Source of the DNA: a virus
Lineage: Duplodnaviria > Caudoviricetes
DNA: 56,674 bases
Virus record (IMG/VR): IMGVR_UViG_3300037826_000110
Location: 1-56,674 of that record
Strand: one strand, 5' to 3'
Positions 46,016 to 52,655 of this stretch are shown here, one piece after another; the stretch's first letter is position 1; each line of letters begins with the position of its first letter. Under the pieces are notes generated by a model, which was not told where the DNA came from, ran no database searches, and saw only the letters and a list, made by a program, of their open reading frames with translations. The position numbers and the translations under genes were made by a program.

Positions 46016-46575
46016 TACCAGGATACAGCGTCGTATTTCCACTCCAAGATATCGTTTACCGTCTCGGCATCCGCTGGAACCGGGCAACGTACCCGTGAGG
46101 GCCTGATAGACGCCAAAGTATATCCCAGCCGCTTATCAATCTCAACAATAGTCCCGATCATTAAAGGGCGATTGTTGGATGTGCGATCCACAGAATAGGA
46201 CCGCCCCACAATCAGATCGCCCTCCGCGAAGGGCTCTTTGGGATCAGTGCAAACTGGCGTCTCTGGCGCTGCGAGTCCCAGCGCCTCTTCAATCATATTG
46301 GCGCTGAGCGAGGAAACATTATGGAAACGGCGTGTATTGGGGTGGAAGCTTGATGCTGCAAGCTTCCCCTTTCCCCTGCTTCTATACCAATGCTCCAGAA
46401 TACCGACCACGCATCCATCAGGATCCAGCACCTGAACAGCATAGTGCCCACTGGTAGGCGGATCAACGCGCTCCCCCTCCATATAACCAGCCTGCGAGTT
46501 AACATCGCGGCAAGAATACGCACCGCGATATTGATCGGAGACCTTCTTCGTTGCATTCCAAATTTTGCTAATCAT
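46015..46575 (-). CDS. Hypothetical protein
   Basis: Coupled ATG at 46575 with SD. Confidence 0.65.
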   Translation of the reverse strand: MISKIWNATKKVSDQYRGAYSCRDVNSQAGYMEGERVDPPTSGHYAVQVLDPDGCVVGILEHWYRSRGKGKLAASSFHPNTRRFHNVSSLSANMIEEALGLAAPETPVCTDPKEPFAEGDLIVGRSYSVDRTSNNRPLMIGTIVEIDKRLGYTLASIRPSRVRCPVPADAETVNDILEWKYDAVSW

Positions 46576-46958
46576 CTCAAACTCCTTCCTCCATAATGAT
46601 ACACCTGCCAAAACTCCAACGTCGCCCCATCCGGAAGCTCCGTCGCCCCCGCCTCCAGTCGTGGCCCGCGATACTGGGCCACGATCAGCGAAGTCTCTCG
46701 ATCCAGCGTCACCGTGGGCCGCGTCGCCGCGACCTCAGCCCACTCCTCGGCCACGTCCTCGCTCTGGTCTAGAAGCCCGGCCACGACGCGGGCCGTGTCC
46801 GGGTGGCCAATCGCGCAAGAGAATTCGCCCTTGCGACGATGGCTTATCACCAACGCCCTGGCCGTAGCCTTGGCGACGGGTACAAACGCGATATTTTGCC
46901 CTCCTAACATCCGATCCATCATATTGATACTGAATGCATTGCATAATAAAAACTTCAT
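46572..46958 (-). CDS. DUF1874/STIV B116-like protein, AcrIII-1-type ring nuclease
   Basis: L.NAFS.NM, AIGH.DTA, R.TV.L, VAQY.GPRL..GAT.LP. Confidence 0.82.
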   Translation of the reverse strand: MKFLLCNAFSINMMDRMLGGQNIAFVPVAKATARALVISHRRKGEFSCAIGHPDTARVVAGLLDQSEDVAEEWAEVAATRPTVTLDRETSLIVAQYRGPRLEAGATELPDGATLEFWQVYHYGGRSLR

Positions 46959-47821
46959 TGGGTTTCCTCCCACTCCCAAGCCGCCAGATCAAACTCGGCG
47001 ACCTTCTCCAAATCCTTCCAAACGCTCAACCCCTCCACATCCTCCATAGTCTGCGCCCCCTCCAGTTTTTCGCGGATTGCCGGTGTGATCCGCGCCTGGA
47101 GGTGCACCCAGCCTTTTTCCTCGCCGGGCGTATGAACCACGTAGCGGTGCACGCCGGATTTAAACCCGGGCCACGGGGGGATAACGTCCTGCACCCGCAG
47201 GCGATCCAAGCGCGTGCGGTACCTGAGCCACCGCAGCACCCTGGCCCCTGCGGACCGGATGCGGTCCCTGCTGCACTCAAGCTCCTCTGCCAGCGCGGCG
47301 ACGTCATACTCACGCGCCTCGCCGGTTTCCAGATTCCACATCACCCGGAAAACCGGCAAGTCGATGTCACGGTACCTTTTCTCGGAGGGATATTCCTCCA
47401 AGACCCCCGGCAACCGATCCAGGTGCAGCGCCTGACGGCCGATGGCCCACTCGAGGTGACTGATTCCCATTTCCTCAGCCCCCTCGAGCATGGGATTGAG
47501 GATCCGCTCGGCCTGGCGTCGCCAGGCGGTGACGGAGGAGACGTGCTCTTTATCATACTCCTCCGCCAACCCCAGGGCCTTGCGCAGCCGGCCGGCCGTG
47601 CCCTGGCTAATCCCCAACGCCTCCTGGAGATCGGCGACGGTCTGCTCGGCGACCCAGTCGCGAAATTCCGCGCGGGCTTCCTCGCCGGCGAAGATGAGGA
47701 TGTTGGTGCCGTCCAGTTTCTCAACTGGGGGCAGTAAGCCGCGCTCGGCGACTACGGTGATGCCTCCCCCGGGCCGGGAGACGGTGAGTCTCCCGGCCGG
47801 ATCGAATGTTTTGTTAGTCAT
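46955..47821 (-). CDS. DNA-binding protein with HTH and sigma70 region 4-like domain
   Basis: LQEALGISQGTA.RLRK; LAEELECSRDRIR....R.L..LR. Confidence 0.6.
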   Translation of the reverse strand: MTNKTFDPAGRLTVSRPGGGITVVAERGLLPPVEKLDGTNILIFAGEEARAEFRDWVAEQTVADLQEALGISQGTAGRLRKALGLAEEYDKEHVSSVTAWRRQAERILNPMLEGAEEMGISHLEWAIGRQALHLDRLPGVLEEYPSEKRYRDIDLPVFRVMWNLETGEAREYDVAALAEELECSRDRIRSAGARVLRWLRYRTRLDRLRVQDVIPPWPGFKSGVHRYVVHTPGEEKGWVHLQARITPAIREKLEGAQTMEDVEGLSVWKDLEKVAEFDLAAWEWEETQ

Positions 47822-48452
47822 CGTACGCCTCAGTTTCTAGCGCGACCAACCTGGCCTCGTCTCTCTCTATGTCAATAGCCTCCCGTTGAGTCGAGACAAA
47901 ATGCATAGCTGCGTCCTCTGGCGTGCCCATTGCCCAATCGTCGTCATGGGCATCTGTTTCCACGCGCCATGCTATGGTTTCCTCGTCGAGCATAATCACA
48001 GATAGTATCATTGGTCCATATTCCACCCCGGTTTCGGTAATACCACCAGAGCTGACGGTCATATCCAGCACGGCGCCCTTCTCAGATCGACTGAGCCAAT
48101 CGCGAATCTCACCCTCGACGATCACAGGACTGCGTACCGCAAAGATGCTCAAAACACGATCCGCGATTTCACCCTCGGTAATAAAACCTGTGACGGCATC
48201 CCATACCTCGGCCATTGCGAGGTTTCGCAATTCGTCGAGTTCGCCGTCCTCAATCTCGTTGTCACGTTCCCCGATTACCTGACTCAGGCTCGGGTACCAC
48301 ACGACAGAGTGACCAGCCTCCCCAGCTAGTTCTCTAAATTTTTCTGTCACGAGTTCGGCGAGTTCGGCCTCGTGACCCTCGACGGCCCCCCAGCCATCAT
48401 GTAACTCGCTTTCACTCCATTCGCTTCCGCGTTCTACTACTACCGTTGTCAT
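47814..48452 (-). CDS. Hypothetical acidic protein
   Basis: CACGGAGGT SD, 212 aa. Confidence 0.7.
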   Translation of the reverse strand: MTTVVVERGSEWSESELHDGWGAVEGHEAELAELVTEKFRELAGEAGHSVVWYPSLSQVIGERDNEIEDGELDELRNLAMAEVWDAVTGFITEGEIADRVLSIFAVRSPVIVEGEIRDWLSRSEKGAVLDMTVSSGGITETGVEYGPMILSVIMLDEETIAWRVETDAHDDDWAMGTPEDAAMHFVSTQREAIDIERDEARLVALETEAYDD

Positions 48453-48484
48453 CTCAATACCTCCGTGTAATTTGGTTTATGTAA

Positions 48485-48835
48485 TTATTCTACTATATTG
48501 TTTTCGAAATAGGCACACAGTCGGTTACCCCCGTCTGTGTACCAGCCATTGACTGCGCCGAGTTCGCCGCGCCTGGCGGCGTCTATAAGTTGGCTGGCTC
48601 TCGCCTTGCTCATATTTTTCTCAATCTCGACGTTTAAAATTCGCAGGTAATTAATCTGAGCCTCAGTCGCTGGTACAAATTCACTCAACTGCATTTCGCT
48701 GTACCAAAGCTCGTGCCCACCATCGCTCACCGTGAATATCGTTCCGTGTTGCGTCTCCCTGATTTTCGTTATTGTGCCAACAATTGCGTCGCCACCCAAT
48801 CCATCATCTGCCCAAACTGTTTGCCCTAAATTCAT
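48485..48835 (-). CDS. Hypothetical protein with AT..Q..YL...SK..AS.LID motif
   Basis: First gene after a strong promoter; SD. Confidence 0.7.
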   Translation of the reverse strand: MNLGQTVWADDGLGGDAIVGTITKIRETQHGTIFTVSDGGHELWYSEMQLSEFVPATEAQINYLRILNVEIEKNMSKARASQLIDAARRGELGAVNGWYTDGGNRLCAYFENNIVE

Positions 48836-48883
48836 CTCAATGCCCTCCGTGCTATTAGTTAACTTTCCTTCATCGGTAACTTA

Positions 48884-48912
48884 ATTATACATCAACTCTC
48901 TGAGAACGTCAA
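48884..48912 (-). promoter_or_regulatory. Strong sigma70 promoter of the anti-defence operon
   Basis: TTGACG-17-TATAAT. Confidence 0.85.
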
Positions 48913-48997
48913 TAGTACTTTAGTACTATACGGAAGCTGTAACGCAGTGTTCTATTTTTATAGAACAAACGGAGGTGGGGGCGCGTGGGAGCCCCAT

Positions 48998-49030
48998 AAA
49001 AAATGGCCGGTGACTCGCAGGTCACCGGCC
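48998..49030 (-). terminator. Intrinsic terminator
   Basis: GGCCGGTGAC-loop-GTCACCGGCC-ATTTTTT. Confidence 0.8.
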
Positions 49031-49153
49031 TGAACAAGAGGCGGGGGTAGCAAAATCAACGCTCCCCCCAACTTGGGCATCTCTCAGTAGGGGGCCTTCT
49101 CGGAGAAGAGAGCGCTCGCCCCCTGGTCACGTGCGCTCCCTTCCCGCAGAGAA

Positions 49154-49195
49154 GAACAACTGTTCTAATTATACCCATCCTCCCCGGCTCGTCAA
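49154..49195 (-). promoter_or_regulatory. Promoter with a LexA box over the start site
   Basis: TTGACG-16-TATAAT (49195-49168); GAACAACTGTTC at 49154-49165. Confidence 0.75.
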
Positions 49196-49265
49196 GCGCG
49201 CGTCCGAGCGCTGCCCAATCCCCAAGCCGCTCGCCGCCATGCACATACCCCCTGACGCTCCCAAG

Positions 49266-49341
49266 TGCCAAACTGCCAAACGTGCCAAACCCCGCCAAAC
49301 CGGCGGAAAACCCTTGACAAACTGCCAAATCCGTGACAAAC
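49266..49341 (+). repeat. Array of 7 oriented octamers, consensus TG(C/A)CAAAC
   Basis: Copies at 49266, 49274, 49283, 49293, 49315, 49323 and 49334. Confidence 0.7.
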
Positions 49342-49352
49342 AGGGCCTCCCT

Positions 49353-49371
49353 ATTATTTCCTGGGAATAAT
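49353..49371. promoter_or_regulatory. NBS-like palindrome 9 (1-nt deletion)
   Basis: ATTATTTCCTGGGAATAAT. Confidence 0.65.
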
Positions 49372-49386
49372 GATACCAATTACCCC

Positions 49387-51588
49387 TCACGGCGTAGGCG
49401 ACGGCGTGACAATATCCCACAGCGTGTCCACGTCCGTGGGCGTGCTATCCCCCCATACCGACGCATGCCGCACCCACCACTGATCCGGCCACACCGTGAA
49501 CGTCAGCGGTACCGTGAACGTGTAGGCCCCGCTGCTCAGGCACGTGGTCGTGAAGTAGTTGGTTACCTGCCGCGTCATGGTCGTGGTTCCCGTGGGCGTG
49601 ATCCAGCGGTAGGCCCGTGCCTCCAGCGTCTCATCCGGGGCGCACTGACCGGTGAGGATTGTCGGCGAGACGCCCACCGCAGAGATCAGGCTCCCGGTCA
49701 GCGTGATCACGTCCAGCGTGCGCGTGAGCGTGGTCGTGTACGAGCTGAGATTCAGGATCGCATTATGGTCAATCGTTCGCGAGAATTGTAACGTCCCCGC
49801 CGTCGTCCACCACGGCACGCAGCAGGTCTCTGTGTACGTGGAGCCCACTTGCCTCAGCGTACCCGTCATTGGACTGTTGACGTTGCCGACGATCACGCGC
49901 CCCACGCGCTTGTCCACGCTGACGGGGCCGGGGGTGCCGGTGGCGCGGATACGGGTGGGGCATGGCGTGGGCGTGGGGGTAGGCGTGGGGGTGACGGTGG
50001 CGAAATGGAACGTGGCCGACCACTGCGTCTGTGTGGGCTCCTCGCCGTCCCATACGGCGTAGGCCTGATTGGATCCGTACAACCCGGTCCACACGCCGAT
50101 AGGGCCGCCTGGTGTGGGCGCGGGTATGATGTCCATTAGCACGAGGTCGGAGGTGACGTTGGTGTAGTTGATAGCGACACCCCGCGAGACCCATTCGCTC
50201 GGTGATGTGCCGGGGTACAGCGGCCCGGTGCAGGAGTAAACGCCCGTACAGCTAGCCCCCCAGGAGAGGTATTGAGGTATCCCGCCGGGCGTTTCGTACT
50301 TCCAGCGGCCGATGGAGGTTACGGGCTGCGGGGTGGCGGTGCCTTGGTATACGGTTACCTGGCCCCAGGGTGGCGTAGGTGTGGGCGTGGGGGTACCCAT
50401 CATGAAGGTGACACTGAGCTGGTTAGTGATTGTCGGGGGATACGACCACATCGCGGCATAGGTGTCCGCGTCGCCGTACAAAAAATCTTCATAGACTGTA
50501 TTGGACGGCACCGGCGTGACACCAATCACGCGTAATGCCGTGGCTCCGGTGGTGGTGAAGATAATCGCGCCCCCCTCCCAGATTCCCGGCGTAGAACGGA
50601 CTGCGAAATCCGACTCGCTCACGTCGTTGTCTTCGACTAGCCACTGCGGTGTGGCGGTGGCGTTGAGTCGCCAGGCCTCTCCGATGCCCGGCACGATCAC
50701 AGTTGGTAGCGGAAGCCCCGGCGTGATTGGGCTACGCACATATACGTAGATGCGCGGTAGGGGTGTAGGGGTGGCCAGGGGGGTGACATTCATAATAATG
50801 TTGTTTTCTACGTAAGGCGTGGGCGTTTTATTGGTCAACCTTCCATAGCCATACGAGCCCTTGGCGTCCGCCAGGACCTGACTAGATGACCACGACGAGC
50901 TATCACTAGCACTCACGCTCTTCTCCTGTCCCTCTGTACCGCTGTCGTCGTCTTGCGCTGTGGGCGTGCCGGACGTGTCGCCAAAAACACGCGCACGCAG
51001 ATAGAGGAACCGGCGCCGGCTTTGCATATCCTGATTCGCTGTGATGCTAGCCGTAAACGGTCCCGAGCTGCCCACCAGGCACAAAATGAGCTCCGTGCGA
51101 TGCGCTTTAAAATCCGCGTCTGGGAAGGTTCCTGCCCCCTCACAGCTATCCCCCGCGCACAGATAATATGCCTGATACTGTGTGCCGGTAGGCTGCAACT
51201 CGGTAATTGTCCCGTTGCTGGAAGAAACGTCACACTGCACGTCAAACGACGCATTACAACGGACGTTGTAGTTTGTGGTATCGCACTGGTAAATTTTCCC
51301 GATCGGCCCCGCCCAAGGCGTCGCGGTCGAGGCCGGGAATGCGACGCCGCCGCTATCTACCCACCATTGTATTAGGTCATCTGGCGTCGGAGACGGCGAT
51401 TGCGTGGGTGTCGCGGTCACGTGTTCCCAAGCGCGCGTAGCCGTCGCCGTGACCCACTCCGCCGTCGCCTCGAAGGGGGCCGCCGGATCGCCCCCACACG
51501 CCCCGATCAACGCCACCAACAGCGCAGCGCCTAGGAGCGCGAGTCCGACAAAGAGCAACCGGTTTCTTCTCATCATCGCGTCACCCAA
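49387..51588 (-). CDS. Large exported lipoprotein with Pro/Thr linkers
   Basis: Signal peptide with LIGAC lipobox-like end; TPTP repeats; paired Cys. Confidence 0.7.
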   Translation of the reverse strand: MGDAMMRRNRLLFVGLALLGAALLVALIGACGGDPAAPFEATAEWVTATATRAWEHVTATPTQSPSPTPDDLIQWWVDSGGVAFPASTATPWAGPIGKIYQCDTTNYNVRCNASFDVQCDVSSSNGTITELQPTGTQYQAYYLCAGDSCEGAGTFPDADFKAHRTELILCLVGSSGPFTASITANQDMQSRRRFLYLRARVFGDTSGTPTAQDDDSGTEGQEKSVSASDSSSWSSSQVLADAKGSYGYGRLTNKTPTPYVENNIIMNVTPLATPTPLPRIYVYVRSPITPGLPLPTVIVPGIGEAWRLNATATPQWLVEDNDVSESDFAVRSTPGIWEGGAIIFTTTGATALRVIGVTPVPSNTVYEDFLYGDADTYAAMWSYPPTITNQLSVTFMMGTPTPTPTPPWGQVTVYQGTATPQPVTSIGRWKYETPGGIPQYLSWGASCTGVYSCTGPLYPGTSPSEWVSRGVAINYTNVTSDLVLMDIIPAPTPGGPIGVWTGLYGSNQAYAVWDGEEPTQTQWSATFHFATVTPTPTPTPTPCPTRIRATGTPGPVSVDKRVGRVIVGNVNSPMTGTLRQVGSTYTETCCVPWWTTAGTLQFSRTIDHNAILNLSSYTTTLTRTLDVITLTGSLISAVGVSPTILTGQCAPDETLEARAYRWITPTGTTTMTRQVTNYFTTTCLSSGAYTFTVPLTFTVWPDQWWVRHASVWGDSTPTDVDTLWDIVTPSPTP

Positions 51589-52655
51589 TAATATACGTCG
51601 GCCTCAAGCACCCCGCTGGGCGCCTGGCCATAGACGTACAGCTCAAAGCTATCCGTAGCTTTACTGTCTTTATCCACGCCGAACCAGCACGCGGCGCCCT
51701 CCGCCGTGGCGAAGACGTGATAGTCGGTGTCCGCCTGCGCCGGACTGAGCGTCACGGTCTGGGAGTTGTACTGTGTGATCCCCGACAGCGTGGACGTCAG
51801 TTGAATGGTGAAGGTCCCCTCCTGCTCCAGGGATTTACTCAGCGCCGGCCCGAAGGTCAGGCCGTTCTCACCGGCTGAAACTTTCACAAATTCCCCGCCG
51901 TGATCGTCGTAACTGGATTCCGTATCTGAGAGGCCCAGGAACTCGCGCACGCCGGGCAAACTGACCAAGCGCAGATCGGCGATGTCGTTTTGTGTCAGCG
52001 CCTGGCCATAGGTCAACTGCACCGCAGCAATGGCGATGCCGCTGGGCGGATGAGCCAGCTCGCGTAGGAGCGTGGCGCTGTTGCTGTCATCGACTTGGAT
52101 TTGCCCCCACTTATCGCCGTAGATCAAAACGTATTTACTGCCAGAGCCAGGGAAGTAACTGCTCAGATCGAGGTCCTCGGCGTAGGTATACATGTAGCCC
52201 TCGTTATCCAGAGGTACCACGCCGGCCTGCACACGCACGGTCTGCGCGGCCTTGACCTGCACACGCGACGGCCAGTAGATCTGCAGCATGTGCAGCCACT
52301 GCAACTGATCGCGTCCCCCAAAGCCGTGGGTCGCGCTGTGCAGCGCTATACTCAGATCTGCGCCATCATAGTCGCTGGCCTCAATGGCCACCTGGTCCAA
52401 AGCCACAATCCAGCGTTCGCCGGTGAGCGGATCTTCCTCTAAGATCACGGGCGTGTTGGCCACGTCGGCCAGGGGAATCTTAGCGCGATATTTGCCCACC
52501 TCGTAGCTGACGCCGCGCTCTACGCGCACGTAGCGCCAGCCCGGACGACCGCTGACGGCGACCGTGCCGTCGTGGTCTCCCAGCAAGCCAAACCAACGCT
52601 GGCCCTTGGGCCGGCGACTGGCAAACGCGGCACGGATCCGACGAAGATCGTTCAT
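51573..52655 (-). CDS. Minor tail/fibre-like protein
   Basis: Coupled ATG at 52655; H..TH..GG.D and F.GLSDT..SY....G..VKV...E.GL.F fibre motifs. Confidence 0.65.
   Translation of the reverse strand: MNDLRRIRAAFASRRPKGQRWFGLLGDHDGTVAVSGRPGWRYVRVERGVSYEVGKYRAKIPLADVANTPVILEEDPLTGERWIVALDQVAIEASDYDGADLSIALHSATHGFGGRDQLQWLHMLQIYWPSRVQVKAAQTVRVQAGVVPLDNEGYMYTYAEDLDLSSYFPGSGSKYVLIYGDKWGQIQVDDSNSATLLRELAHPPSGIAIAAVQLTYGQALTQNDIADLRLVSLPGVREFLGLSDTESSYDDHGGEFVKVSAGENGLTFGPALSKSLEQEGTFTIQLTSTLSGITQYNSQTVTLSPAQADTDYHVFATAEGAACWFGVDKDSKATDSFELYVYGQAPSGVLEADVYYWVTR

Noticed and set aside
48948-48966. GTTC...GAAC as a LexA box
   Set aside because: Half-sites are in the wrong orientation and spacing
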